NCBI RefSeq assembly: GCF_023055435.1
Contig: NW_025964001.1
Location: 21,018,001-21,082,000 of the forward strand
Length of the DNA: 64,000 bases
Reading direction: 5' to 3'
Source: Haliotis rufescens
Taxonomy: Eukaryota
Positions 1-12,866 of this stretch are shown piece after piece. The stretch's first letter is position 1; each line of letters begins with the position of its first letter. The position numbers and the translations under genes were made by a program. Below the pieces are notes generated by a model, which saw nothing but the letters and a program-made list of their open reading frames with translations, made no database searches and was not told the origin of the DNA.

Positions 1-442
1 CTCCAAGAAAATTTATCACCTGTTTCACTAGCATATCTTAACATGTTAAATGGTTTCGTTTTGAAAAGAAATGAATCATATGGTTTAAAATGTAGTATTA
101 GGAACTGACGCCAGCAACACGGGAGCAGTTGTTTTGTGTAAACTCTTAGGTTAATTAATTCAAATTGTCTCAGATCTCAACGGGATAATTATACCTGTGT
201 TTGATCATTAAATTTAATAATCCCTCCACGTGCATTAATCACAGCGTTACCGCGATAATTGGACGACGTGCAATGCTCAGTATAAGATGTCAGCACTTTA
301 TATACAACTATAGATATCTGCATTTATTAATTTTCCTGACTATCTTAAAAGGTTTGATTTAAAAAATAAACTGTTTGCAAGTTTTAATTTATGATTTTCT
401 GCTAGTTAAGAAAGATAATATGTTATTGCAGTGACTGACAAA

Positions 443-622
443 AAGAGGATATATACATACTATTTAGTATGTATATAGTTATGGAATAAAAGAGGATATA
501 TACTAGTAGGTATATAGTTATGGAATAACAGAGGATATATACTATAATGTATATAGTTATGGAATAAAAGAGAATATATACTAGTATGTATATAATTATG
601 GGATAAAACGTATCTATAGGAA
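443..622. repeat. 39-bp minisatellite, ~4.5 copies
   Basis: Unit AGAGGATATATACTAGTAGGTATATAGTTATGGAATAA(A/C) recurs at 491, 530, 569; it explains the repetitive ORF 423..626. Confidence 0.9.
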
Positions 623-1264
623 GCAATAACCAAGAACCGCTAACATAGTGAAAGCATTAACATGACAATATATAATTTATTCTATGATGCCTTTTTTGTG
701 AATGTATATGAATAGATTTGACAGTGTTATATTTATTTGATTGATCATCCATCAATAAGGCTTTAGCAGCATGTTACATCTCATCACGTGTATCACTGCT
801 TATATGATCCAATAGATTTGAAACAAATCTGCCGTGTCTCTCTTACCATGTAACCGTACGAAACTCGTACCCAAAGTTTTATTTAATAGAAAGTGGTATA
901 TTTATATATCATGTACCAACATCATATATTGAGAAGTTATTAACACCAAATAAAACAAGCATGCAGAAACAAAGTAAGGCCCGACTGCCAGGAGTATTGC
1001 TCAGGGCATGGTTTATGATAAATCACTTGCATTCTCACACACGTTTCTGAAGGTAATATAATGAAACCTTGTATTTAAAAAGAAAGAACGGTTATGAGAA
1101 CTTATTGCTGATTGATTGCAATTGACTCGATGGTAAGTAATGCTGTTCCGTTAAATATATGATAATGTATAACCTATAATTTGTCACATTTCATCGGAAA
1201 CAAAACGCGTCAAACACTATGAGTAACTATGCAAAAACTCAGGCGCTTGGGAGTTTCCAAATTG

Positions 1265-1636
1265 TCAACCTATTCCGATGTGGAGTTTGGAGTATAAAAT
1301 GCGAAACTTTGTGTTTACTGAGCGCGGGTTTGCAAATAGTGTCGTGATTCCGTGAGCGGTTGACATGTCGGCGTTGAGCTCCCTCTCAGCGAGGCTCCGT
1401 CCCCGCTCTCCGTGGAGGGACGACGAGGGCTTCAGTCGCCTTTGGTTGTAAGACACTTGGTCGTCCACCGTCCGCTCTNNNNNNNNNNNNNNNNNNNNNN
1501 NNNNNNNNNNNNNNNNNNNNNNNNNNNNNNNNNNNNNNNNNNNNNNNNNNNNNNNNNNNNNNNNNNNNNNNNNNNNNNNNNNNNNNNNNNNNNNNNNNNN
1601 NNNNNNNNNNNNNNNNNNNNNNNNNGGAGGCCTCAT
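1265..1636 (-). CDS. Candidate coding exon/ORF of unknown product, interrupted by an N-gap
   Basis: GC-rich island in AT-rich surroundings. The minus-strand frame ERTVDDQVSYNQRRLKPSSSLHGERGRSLAERELNADM has G/C at most third codon positions. No family recognised; splice sites unclear. Confidence 0.3.
   Translation of the reverse strand: MRPXXXXXXXXXXXXXXXXXXXXXXXXXXXXXXXXXXXXXXXXXXXXXXXXXXERTVDDQVSYNQRRLKPSSSLHGERGRSLAERELNADMSTAHGITTLFANPRSVNTKFRILYSKLHIGIG
1479..1625. other. Assembly gap (N run)
   Basis: Run of N. Confidence 0.98.
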
Positions 1637-3934
1637 TACCTTACAGGCATCATAGCTTGTCGAAGAAATAATACAATTAGGGAAAGAAATTCGGAAAAGT
1701 GAGGCGGCGTATTTGTTTGAAGGAAGAAAATTGTAATTTAAATTTGCATTTTTATCAGATAAAGTTAATGTCAGGCTGTTATTTCAGATAAAAAGTATTA
1801 TTGTATTTAAAAATGTAAAAAAGGGAGCAAAACATCTCCACATTTATTAGGTGTAATTTCACATCAACAAAAATACACACATTTACATACATTACCTAAA
1901 ACGGTGTAAATATTTTCGTGACGCACAATGAAAGTGCATATGCGTAAAAATGAAACAAGCTGTAAAAACGAGACATTTTTCATATTATTATCTAGCGTTT
2001 CGTAAATATATGTTTTGCTTTAAATATGTTGAGTAATGTTCAGTGTTTCAGGAGATTAAGTCAGTCATGTATTTTGTTATACGATGTATAAAATAATTAG
2101 AAATGTATTAAATCATCACAAAAACACACACTGTAGGTCGACACAACCTGTTCTCGTACACATATGTTTGCAGAGTTCACAAAGCTAGGACAACCAGCTT
2201 ATTATATAGTATTCAAATATGCTAATCTCTCGTATCTCTTGTCTTTGTGTCCGTCCGACCTTCCCACTGTCCCCTGTCATGCCTGACATACAATGTGTGT
2301 CCTTCCGCCAAGATATATAGTCCCATCAGTAGATTTTATTGCCGTCCATGTCTACAGTGGTGGTTTTGAAACGCGGCATCCGCCTCGATGAAACACTAGC
2401 TATCTGTCTGAGAGCAACGTCATGGTCCATTTAGACCGTTTCGCTGATACCTACGTCCAGAGAGACCCCACAAGTACTGTGAGATATGGCCGTTCTGCCA
2501 GAATACAATCTTCAACCTCGACTGCAATTCCTTTTTTCCTAAAATAGTAGGAATTAATTTTGTTAATTTACATGTCAGAGTAGATTATGAACAGGTTAGT
2601 TCACATGTTGAAGGTCGCTCTCACTGGCTCACCCACTCGTCGTGCACCTATACGCGTTATGTCATTAACGTGGACAAACAACCAATGTTAACATTAAAAT
2701 GAAATGCAAACAACATATTAAAACGTGTATATTGATATGTTATATGACCAATGTGGATTAACAATATGAGAACTTTATTCATACTGAACATGATCTTTGT
2801 CATCTTCTGATTCGGACCTTTTCGGAATTGCCCTTTCTTCATAAACATTCTATAAACTATAACTTTCCAATACAGTAATTTATTACATTATTTCTCTAAA
2901 CATCGGTCCATTAAAGACCGGACACTGGGCTAATCTTTTCAAATAACATGTCTAACACATCAAATTGTCGCTTGGGCCTTTCATTTTAAACCTCATGCCT
3001 AGATATGTGATTTAGGTATTTCTAATTGTTTTCACACCCTCACCTACACACCATTGGAGTCCGTTGTTTTTATACCATACGTTTTTATGTCGAAAAGCCA
3101 AGAAGTTGCTTCCGATTATCGTCTTTGTTAGAATGAGAAAGTTTACAGCCCTTGTATTTCAGTTATATGACAGTTTGTCAGCTCGATGTGTGAGGAAAAC
3201 CTGAAGTGATGTTAATTTTTGACGTTTACCACTTTAGTGTAACCCACGAGCACGCGTTGTTGCTAACAAACCAGGATTCTTAATGAGGTCGAAACTGGGT
3301 TTCACATCATATCCTATCATAGAATTCTGGCATTCCTAAGGGACGCAACTCTGTACAGAAAAAATGTTGTGTCTTGGGCCACTGGGCCACCCTTGCGCCC
3401 TACTAAGCTAGACACTCATTATGTTGATCATAGTTTATTTCGAACATGTTTATCAAAATGTTAGAAATAGACAATATTTTACGGGGACATTAATGTAAGA
3501 GGCACACCCTCAACCTACTATTGTTCATCAATTATTTAGTGCAATTTAAAGGCAAAACACGTTCTGTATTCACTTGTTGTATACAAATTGGTAATTTTAT
3601 ATTCCATATGCGTTTGGTCTTGTGTTCTATACGACGATGCTGTCAGAATAACAATACGGTTGTATGAACGTTGAACAAAATATAAGTGCAATCAAGCAAT
3701 GCCAAACTGAATGTTAGAAGTCTTCTGTTATGAACTAACACACGTGTTTGATCAAAGTTATGGTTACTGCAGCTTACGTCACTGCGGTTGGCCGTCACAT
3801 TCACAGTGGCATCGTCGTTTCTTCATTATTGTATTCAGAGTAAGGAGACATGCCCTAGGAAGCAATGCCTTTTGTTATACGTTTTAGTAGAAACTATATA
3901 CTGGTAACATATTTACATCAGTCCGCCTGACTGA

Positions 3935-4035
3935 TCACAGATCACCTTTTCGCGAACACCTGGTACAATCATTATATGATAGGCATCCATAAACACATGC
4001 TCATGATATAGTCGGAATCGTACAATCGACTCTAT
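3935..4035 (-). repeat. Degenerate copy of an unclassified dispersed repeat (family X)
   Basis: Reverse complement reads AGAGTCGATTGTACGATTCCGACTATATCATG...ACCAGGTGTTCGCGAAAAGG, matching 4628-4715 and 6140-6225. Confidence 0.65.
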
Positions 4036-4161
4036 GCAGAGATTTCCTTTGGATATGGAAAGGGTTTTGTCTCTTTTGTTAACACATCTGTCCCGCCGCT
4101 TGCTGCCCTTCGATATAGAACATGACAAGTGTCTGCGATCTTAACGCTTCTATTTTTCCTG

Positions 4162-4517
4162 AGGCTTGGGACGATACACCAAATGTGCGACCCAGTAGGT
4201 ATCACGATACCTTACTTACGATCAGATATGTATCATGATCCTTGCATATGCTCTTATCTGGGGTCCCTAAGCCATCTTTTTCATAGACAGGATGGCCAAA
4301 TACCTGATTTACACTCGGCAGTGTGAAGCATGGGACAACGGATGAAAATATTTACGTTTTCACTATAAACTTTCATTACAAATTAGCGTTTAGTATAACA
4401 GTTATTAAAGCAAACATTTAAGGTAAGAATCGCACTTAGTGTGCGACTGTGATCGATACTTGTATTGAGAAGTAAACATAGCGAGCCCCCGATGCATCGG
4501 TGTATCGTCCTAGCACT
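4162..4517. mobile_element. Degenerate MITE with hAT-like TIRs
   Basis: Left end AGGCTTGGGACGATACACC is inverted relative to right end GGTGTATCGTCCTAGCACT; no clean TSD. Confidence 0.55.
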
Positions 4518-4597
4518 ACTTTTCCTCATGTTAATTAACTGTGAATTTGCAGGTCTGGACTTCTGTTTATGTAAACCACGTGTACTACCACCCTTTC

Positions 4598-4772
4598 CAT
4601 AATCATAAGATATCTCGACTAACAGCTGAGTCCATTGTATGATTCCGACCACATCATTAGCGCGTGTGTATTGATCATTATGAAATAGTGATGATACCAA
4701 GTGTTTACGAAAGGCGGGCGGATCCTGCCCAACGGTGGTACGCGTCATAAACACATTAAAGGCAAGTCAAGT
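4598..4772 (+). repeat. Family X dispersed repeat copy
   Basis: Aligns with 6111-6281 (AGTCCATTGTATGATTC...TAGTGATGA...ATCCTGCC...GGTGG...CGTCATAAACACAT...AAAGGCAA) and with 43606-43660. Confidence 0.75.
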
Positions 4773-4959
4773 ATTCACCTGATGTTAGTGTCCTTGATCT
4801 TCATCATCATTCTACATTGTAACCATATAGAGTCAGGTCCCGTTAATCCGACATTGTTGATTGCATATGATTGTGTCGGATTAACGAGTATGTCGGATAA
4901 ACGAAATTAAGTAGTATCAACGTTTGTGATCGAAAATCTATATTCATATTGTTATGTTA

Positions 4960-5208
4960 CATTGTCAGCGGAATATATTTCTAACCATGCAACCTCTAAA
5001 GTTTATCACAAAACTACGGTTACGGGCTGTATGACTGATTCAAAATACTTTAAAAAGCATCGCCTGCAATGGAATGGAAGTCGCCAGTTTGTAACCAGTG
5101 CCGCAAAGCTCAAGAAAGCTGCTTTCTTAGTGGCTAATGTCGACTTCCTCCTTGTCATTTCATTGGTCGGTCAAAGTTCGCGAGAGGTCGGTCTGACGTG
5201 ACCTGTAC
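4960..5208 (-). mobile_element. Degenerate, internally deleted copy of the MITE at 51472-52059
   Basis: 5076-5208 matches the reverse complement of 51533-51670; 4962-5040 matches the reverse complement of 51840-51930. Confidence 0.75.
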
Positions 5209-5606
5209 GTATCATATAATGATAATGATGATAAGGTAGTTAACGTTCTATGCATTATCAAGTCATGTACACTCTTTGCATACATTGTAAATTGTAGCCA
5301 CGTTTGGGTAGGTTTTTGTTAAACTCAGGGTGAATGCTGTTTTGAAAGTTAATATCACGCACTGCTATAGTTATATGATTAATAGGCTCACAGTACGATG
5401 TGATTCTAGCAAATCACGATTATATTGGAGCAATAAAATCCAGGTTCATGTGAACAGTGTTTTATACACAAATTAGTTTCAGAATCTTATTCAAATGAAT
5501 ATTTATCATATGAGAAAAGGAATACATTGTTATAATAACTGACAGAATAATAAAATTCTATCATATCTAACATTGTTTTTGGGAATGTGATTGTAATATA
5601 TATAAA

Positions 5607-5740
5607 TCAGTCTCAATTAACTGCCGAGACAGATTCTATTGGGCATTAAAATGCAACATAGCTGTTAAAGGTATATAACTTGACCACTGGGAAAAAATCA
5701 GTGATGACACCAGGTGTTCGCGGAAAGGGTAAGCATTTCA
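5607..5740 (+). repeat. Local duplication, paired with 6648-6779
   Basis: ATCAGTCTCAATTAACTGCCGAGACAGATTCTATTGGGC...GACCACT...TGATGACACCAGGTGTTCGC...GGTAAGC versus ATCAGTCTCGATTACCTGCCCAAACAGATTTCATTGGGC...GACCACT...TGATGGTACCAGATGTTCGC...GGTAAGC. Confidence 0.75.
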
Positions 5741-6110
5741 GTCCTACCGCGTGCATCCGCATTCGCACAATTTGCATACGAAAGTAAGTGTAAACAAACT
5801 AGACAATTTAGTGATAGATTAGAAAACCCAACGCATTTACTGATTTTGCTGAAACTGGAAAGAATATTTGTGAGTTTTGAGTTACGTCTTCAGTGTACAA
5901 GTGCAGATATTCGGCTGCTTACAAAAGAAATATGTTTAAGATATATGTTCGTAACTAACCTGGTGTTTGGATGATATGTCACATACGACAATGTAATCCC
6001 TTTTAGATTTATTAACAAGTCGCAACAAATACTATAACATGACATGTATGGTAATTTTACACCATATATATTCTTTCTTAATGGGTAAATAAAAGCGACA
6101 CAGCCCTTTA

Positions 6111-6281
6111 CATAACCATAAGATATATCTTCTAAAAGCAGAGTCCATTGTATGATTCAGACTACATCATGTGTTTATGAATCACCATCAAGTAGTGATG
6201 ATTCATGGTGTTTGCAAAAAGGTTAGCGTATCCTGCCACACTGGTGGCACCCGTCATAAACACATACAAAGGCAACTCAGT
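6111..6281 (+). repeat. Family X dispersed repeat copy
   Basis: Aligns with 4598-4772. Confidence 0.75.
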
Positions 6282-6814
6282 TAATGCAGGCTTTGCTGTT
6301 TGGACGAGGTCATTTTGATACTGGCGTGAAACACATAAATATAATGATTTCAATGGGGAAATTGATCCGATTGGAAAGGACGGGTATAGTCGGAATGAGA
6401 GCAGTGAACCATCTCTTATATCATACAGCACCAGTCGTACATTATATATATATATATCCCTACTTAATTATAATCAGGCCGTGTATTACGTTTACTTCCG
6501 TTTGATGTATTTCTATTGCCTTCCTTAAGCATGTTGAAAAAAATGTTGACCTATGTAACGTGGTACTTCTTATGACTTCGTTAAAAGATATCGCAGGTAG
6601 CAAGTAAAGAAACTAATGCTAACATAAAACGTCAACAACTGAGAATTATCAGTCTCGATTACCTGCCCAAACAGATTTCATTGGGCGTAAAAGACAAAAG
6701 AGCTTTGAAAATTGCATGAATGGACCACTTAAATCTCTGATGGTACCAGATGTTCGCAAAAATGGTAAGCGTGTCCTGCTCAATAAACCTAGAAGCATAA
6801 TCGGAGCGAATCAG

Positions 6815-6908
6815 GATTCGAAGCCACAATTATAGGTTTCTGGCGTGAGCAAGGGACACAACTCTGCACAGCGAATTGCAGCGACTTAGACTGGTCCACC
6901 CGTGCGCC
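6815..6908 (-). mobile_element. Head fragment of a tRNA-derived SINE (family D)
   Basis: Reverse complement ...CTGTGCAGAGTTGTGTCCCTT...AGAAACCTATAATTGTGGCTTCGAATCC matches 62111-62185. Related fragments at 3340-3400 and 30883-30934. Confidence 0.6.
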
Positions 6909-7573
6909 TCTCTATAAAGACACCATGACAACTCAGATATACTCTGTCTGAATTAGGATTTTTTAGTGGAAACCAAAGCTTCATCCGTAGACAGGATGGA
7001 TGTTTGGCTGATTTCTATTCTTAAACTGTTGTGTCTTGTAACGTGTATTTTAATGGTCAATATAAAGCGTTCTTGGGTTGCTCATGAAGGTAAAGGCAGG
7101 AGGCGTTCCGACATGGGAGGGGATGATCACAAGTGGCACGGTGGATGTTCAATAATAACAGGTTACAAACAAATGAAATCTTCTTTAGACACATCCATTA
7201 TTTATGTTTGCCAGAAGAGGCAAAGCACAACACGAATATATTTTTTATCGAACAATATTGAAAACCTTTTCTTGTTTATATTTCGGAGGTAAACTGGTCG
7301 GCACGTTCCTCTCATTCTGCATGCTTAAGCGAGAAAATCTTATCTTCTATGTGTTTATATGGTGTTGCGTTTACTCATTCATATATTCATTCATTTACGG
7401 TTTCTTCTGATCATGAGCATCAAACCCTAGCCACAGGTCGGGTCGAGATTTAACGTTTAGTTACCCATACCTGTAAATATCAACTGTGCCTAACATAAGT
7501 TGACTTACACAAAACAAACATTCGCTAGATGACAAATGCCATTGCTTAAGCGGGTCGTGTGTTGTACAGTACT

Positions 7574-7696
7574 GTTTGTTTGTTTGTTTGATGTTTAACG
7601 CCGCACACCAGCTATATGGCGGCGATCTGTAAATAATCGAGTCTGGACCAGACAATCCAGTGACTGACAGAATATATATCCGCGTCTTGTGATGCA
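7574..7696 (-). mobile_element. Family C retroposon, 3' fragment
   Basis: (TTTG)n tail plus GTTTAACGCCGCAC...CTGTAAATAATCGAGTCTGGACCAGACAATCCAGTGA, as in the full copies. Confidence 0.85.
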
Positions 7697-8069
7697 AACT
7701 GCTTAGTTAGTTGGTTAAACCTTTTATGAATTCTTAGTACAGTAGGTTCAATTCAGGCATGAAATTAGTGCAAACGTTAATTACAGTGTTAGTATTTTGT
7801 AATTGAAAGAATACATATACAATGTACTTCTCAAAATAAGTTTAAGATTGGATGGAAGGCTTGTGTTGCAATACCTATTATCTGTGACTGATTTACTACA
7901 TATAATAGTAATCATATACGAAAGTTATTTAAATTCCTTTGAGTGTTATACCATGACAACATAGATAGTGGCTTTTTGTCAAACATTTGAACATGTCTGA
8001 TATTTTTCATACCACTACTTCAAACCTTTCCGGAGCTTTTTAGAATTTACGTTTCCAATGGGCCAATAA

Positions 8070-8626
8070 GATACGTTAACACAAGAACTTAGGTACGACT
8101 GTAACATACATTAACATAAGAACATAGGTACCACTCCCGTAACATACGTTAACACAAGAACATACGTACCACTGCCGTAACATACGTTAACACAAGAGCA
8201 TACGTACCACTGCCGTAACATACGTTAACACAGGAACATAGGTACGACTGCCGTAACTAGGTTAACACAAGAACATAGATACCACTGTAACATACGTTAA
8301 CACAAGAGCATAAGTACGACTCCCGTAACATACGTTAACAAAAGAACATAGGTACAACAGCCGTAACATACGTTAACACAAGAACATAGGTACGACTGCC
8401 GTAACATACGTTAACACATGAACAAAGATACAACAGCCGTAACATACGTTAACACAAGAACATAGGTACCACTCCCGTAACATACGTTAACACAAGAACA
8501 TAGGTACAACAGCCGTAACATACGTTAACACAAGACTATAGGTACGACAGCCGTTACATACGTTAACACAAGAACATAGGTACAACAGCCGTAACATACG
8601 TTAACACAAGAACATAGGTACCACTG
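8070..8626. repeat. 38-bp minisatellite, ~14-15 copies
   Basis: Unit CGTAACATACGTTAACACAAGAACATAGGTACCACTGC; period 38 (8138 to 8176). Confidence 0.95.
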
Positions 8627-9245
8627 TTGTAGTCCCATTTAACAAAAGTAAAATACGTTACCACATGATGATGGTACCATTGGTATTGGGTTTGTTTTTT
8701 AAGATGAATGTAATATAAGTTAACACTGACAAAAATGATGCTTGATAGCTTATTGAAGGTGGAAAGATAGTTTAACACGGTGGTGAATGAGTGGTGATCA
8801 ATACTGTTCATCACGCTTTAGCAGCGCTCACGTAACATTAGGTGAGGTGACATCGGGCCTATTTTCGCCAACGATGCTTTCCTACAATAAAACGTTCAAC
8901 AATGCTGTAGGTTTTAACATGCATTGTGATTGCTCAGATTTGTTGCAATTTATTCTCTATGGTAGGTCTGTTTGTATAAAAAGTTAACCCAAAAGGAAAG
9001 TAACGGTGTCCAAGGGTTGACATGTAAAAGATACCAAAGCTTGGGGCATCGGCTGAACCCCGTTAAACCCGACAGTATCATTCCTGGTGACGTCATTTCG
9101 GACATGCTGCAACACTGGAATTTCTGCAACAATTAAGACAGTCTGCGACAGATTACATCATCACAATAGTTTCATAATTATACATATCTACTATTGCTAC
9201 CATATTACTCACCCTAAAATGAGGTGAGTTGATCTGAAATTGGGT

Positions 9246-9391
9246 NNNNNNNNNNNNNNNNNNNNNNNNNNNNNNNNNNNNNNNNNNNNNNNNNNNNNNN
9301 NNNNNNNNNNNNNNNNNNNNNNNNNNNNNNNNNNNNNNNNNNNNNNNNNNNNNNNNNNNNNNNNNNNNNNNNNNNNNNNNNNNNNNNNNNN
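9246..9391. other. Assembly gap (N run)
   Basis: Run of N abutting a SINE. Confidence 0.98.
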
Positions 9392-9557
9392 ATATATTGC
9401 TATATTGCACTGAGATACCATGCCGCAATGTGACATGAATACCCCACTCAGACACACTATACTGACCCAGACAAGACTAGTCCTTGTTTTAGCCCCTTAA
9501 TGCCGAGCCCCAGACAGGGTTACAACAAGTACCATCTTTTAACGTCTTTTGGTATGA
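9392..9557 (-). mobile_element. Meta/MESC-domain SINE fragment (family B)
   Basis: Matches 16860-17020 and the reverse complement of 19110-19250. Confidence 0.85.
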
Positions 9558-10867
9558 ACCTATAGTTGTTCACTGTCTGCTTAGTAAACACGTAGTAAAT
9601 ACGTCTAGCTATCTCCTATATGGTTTGTATTCAAGGCTTATTAAGAAATGTTTTAATGACTATTTCTCAATGAAGCGAGTACCAGGTTCTGTTTACACTA
9701 ACTGTATATTCTCAGTGGTGTCAGGCGGTTTTGAAACCCTGGAAAATTACTGCTAATACTACACAACGCAAAGCTATGTTAAACTATTTATAACATCTTT
9801 GGGGACACAAAGTAGGTTAAATAAAAACAAAAACCGACATGTCCAAAAGTACTTGTGCTATCTTGTGGTATGTATGTAAGGCGTAAACCCGGAACAAGTG
9901 TACATCGGGGATACTTAAACAGCATCACCGCTCGATGCGCCGACTTGACAGTTGATGGTACACATATGCCGACCAGGAGACTGCAAAGGTGTCAACAGCC
10001 TAGCTGTCCTGAATAGACACAGAATTGTTGAGAGGCGATCCGAGCTTTTTCAATACCTAAAAAACTATTTTATGTAGAGGGGAATGTCCGAGTAACTCTC
10101 CATTGCTTAAAAATAATGGAGCAGAGGCCCATTATTTTTAAGGAATGGAGAGTTACGAGGATATTCCCCTGCTTAAAACTCATCCCAACTTTTCCACTTT
10201 GACAAAATATTCTGTAGTTGAAAATATTTGAAAAATTCAAATGCTGCTTCAAGATAATGTACAGTTGACAAGCAACTCTCCATTCCTGAAAAATAATGGA
10301 GCGTTCAAAATATAGAATGACGTCACAGATGTGTTTTAATGGTAAAAAAATGTATTTCCATATGCGGACACTAGGTGTCCTGGCCCTGACTATATCACAG
10401 CATGTCTTTGATTATTTACTTAAGTGAAATATATTCATCTGAGGTTACATTTCTGGCAACCTCGGTCGAGTCTAGTTAACCATTGTTAATCAAGCATACC
10501 TTGGGGCAGAAACTGAAATGAAACACATTAAATGCTGCCTTCGACATAATACAAACATGCTGCCAGAAGCATCTTCATTCGGACCCCGTTATCTCGAATG
10601 TATAGGAGTCTCAAACCTATTCTCCGGTCCCGACCGCACCACTATGTAGATACATGTACATATATATTTGACAGCTTCTCTCGTATATCTTGGACATGCA
10701 TTGCTATAACAGGATGTAAACCAGTGTTTTATTGCTTAATAACGTTGTCATTGTACCGTTTCTGTTTGTTGTATTATAAAAGGACAGCAAAATTCAAAAT
10801 AACGCGTAGAACGTCAAACATACATATGCAAAATCAACATCAGTTGCATTTTAGGATTTCTTCTGGA

Positions 10868-10926
10868 CCCGCCGTGATATTGCTGGAATATTGCTAAAAG
10901 CGGCGTAAAATCAAACTCACTCACTC
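10868..10926 (+). mobile_element. Family A SINE, 3' tail fragment
   Basis: CCCGCCGTGATATTGCTGGAATATTGCTAAAAGCGGCGTAAAA followed by (ACTC)n. Confidence 0.85.
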
Positions 10927-11995
10927 AATTCCTTCTGGATGTGTCTGGGGTATCTACATGGCATTTGCCTTCAATGATCTGGACAATGGTTTCAGAAAAA
11001 GAAAAAAAACTGTTCTGTATTAAAAACAGAACATGTCTTCAACTTTATTGTACTCTTCTCTGGCTGAATTTATTTAAAACATTAACCTTCCGGATGGGGA
11101 GGTAACTCATCTATCGGCTTCCACTGTGTATACATCTACGTTTCTGCACCATGTTTAACCGCTCAAGATCGTATCTTCAGATCATCCCTTATAGATCTAC
11201 ACATATTTTTAACTCTTGATATTTCTATAAAGCCACTGAATATATAGTTGTGAAGTAGGACGTGTACATGTATTCTTCACTACTGTAGTGTAATTTGTTG
11301 TATGCATCAGGATTTGTTTGTTGATATTTTGTTTATAATGCATTTGTGACTGACAAACATTTTTCTAAATTCTAGTCATTTGATAATTTCAATAATTTTA
11401 TTTAAAACAGACAGTGGGAAATTAACATACTCTTATACAATATGCTCTTATACAATAAGTAGTAAGTATAAATGTGATATTTATAACTTGGGAATGTAAA
11501 ACATATTTAATTCTGATTATTGTAACACCTTATTTCAATATGCATTATACATGTTATAGATAGTTGCCCATTGATATGCACTTTCTATAAACGCGTTTGG
11601 ATTATTATAATACACAACGAAATGCACTTCGCCGTAAACATGCTTAAATTCTAAACATGTTTAGATTATTGGGATGTTATGTTTAGATGGTCTTTTGGCG
11701 GTGAGACGATAGCTCATTTCATTCTGGACGTGTTTAGATACAACACACCAAATGTGGATTTCGTTTGGGATTTTAACACATTCCTAAACATGTTCAGATC
11801 TGAACATGTCTTGTATGAGCTTTCATTCTAAACACATTTTATTGTGTATTTATTGTCGCTTATTGTGGGAGGATATCCGACGTTGAACAAATACTTCAAG
11901 TCCTTGTCTTCGAATTAAATAGATTCATTAGAACGCGAAGGTAAACCGTCCCTACATGTTATAAGTGCATAAAGTACTGGCAATCAGACTACCCG

Positions 11996-12035
11996 GTATA
12001 TAAAAAGTCTACATTGCCCAGAGTGACGGTGTCGC
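11996..12035 (+). promoter_or_regulatory. Possible TATA-box core promoter
   Basis: GTATATAAAAAG followed by a CpG-richer, leader-like segment; no downstream exon identified. Confidence 0.2.
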
Positions 12036-12709
12036 TGTGCTCTCGGGAACGAGGTATCGGTGTGTGGAGTTTGGAGATTTTAGCGTGCACACAGTCTTGC
12101 GAAGTTTCGTTGTTAGCGCACGTCATTGAACGAGTGTGATGCTGCTTAGCGTAACACATACTGTGGTCGTACAGACAACCGTTAATACAGGTTTCGAAGC
12201 AATCTCATTGATATCAGATATTATACTCCGATACTATACCTGTCTATGAGAACAGAGAGTTATCGTATCGATCTTCAAAGATCCGATTTGAATGGTTTTC
12301 GGTCATGCTTTTATGAAGAGACAACCAACTGGCAGAATCACAATGATTGCTAAGATCTTTTATCTGAACATACACAGTTTTAGATATGTTTAACTTGTCA
12401 CCTTTGCTGATGCCATCAATTTAAATCTCCCCTCTCTACCTAGTCATGCACCCTGTACCTTAAACCACCACTAGAAATGTATTAAATAGATGAATTGTTC
12501 GTATTGTATTTAAGGACAGGGTATATCAATAATTTCCAGTCAAATTATGAACGGGCTAGTTTTGCAAATATGCACCAGTGACATGTGATGCGCGGTTTCC
12601 TGTGTGGTGGCGCACCAATACACGGGAATTAATATCAACAATACAACTTTGTTTAGTTAACAAATGTTGTACAATGTCCACGCACTCACTCATACGCACT
12701 CAATATATG

Positions 12710-12866
12710 CAGCGTTAGAAATTGGCACCAGTCCTGTCGTCCTTACCAGACTGCCCAATAGTAAAGGTATCCTAAGGACTAGTAGAAATTGGCCCATTTT
12801 AAGGGGTTTTCCTTTATGTTATCATTATAAGGACTAGTGGACAAAAACTGTTAGTTTCTAACCCTG
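12710..12866. mobile_element. ~157-bp MITE with CAG...CTG termini (hAT-like)
   Basis: TIRs CAGCGTTAGAAA and TTTCTAACCCTG; TATATG on both flanks. Inverted relatives at ~29930-30080 and ~42905-43066. Confidence 0.75.

Noticed and set aside
4688-4782. C/D-box snoRNA
   Set aside because: A box C-like GTGATGA and a CTGA exist in this copy, but box D and the terminal stem are not conserved in sister copies.
8070-8626. This and the other regular arrays (19880, 39437, 46046, 63046) as CRISPR arrays
   Set aside because: Units are head-to-tail with no unique spacers, there are no cas genes, and the context is eukaryotic.
12063-12076. 14-mer TGTGGAGTTTGGAG shared with ~1279-1292 as evidence of paralogous leaders
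   Set aside because: Flanking similarity is too weak; compatible with chance.
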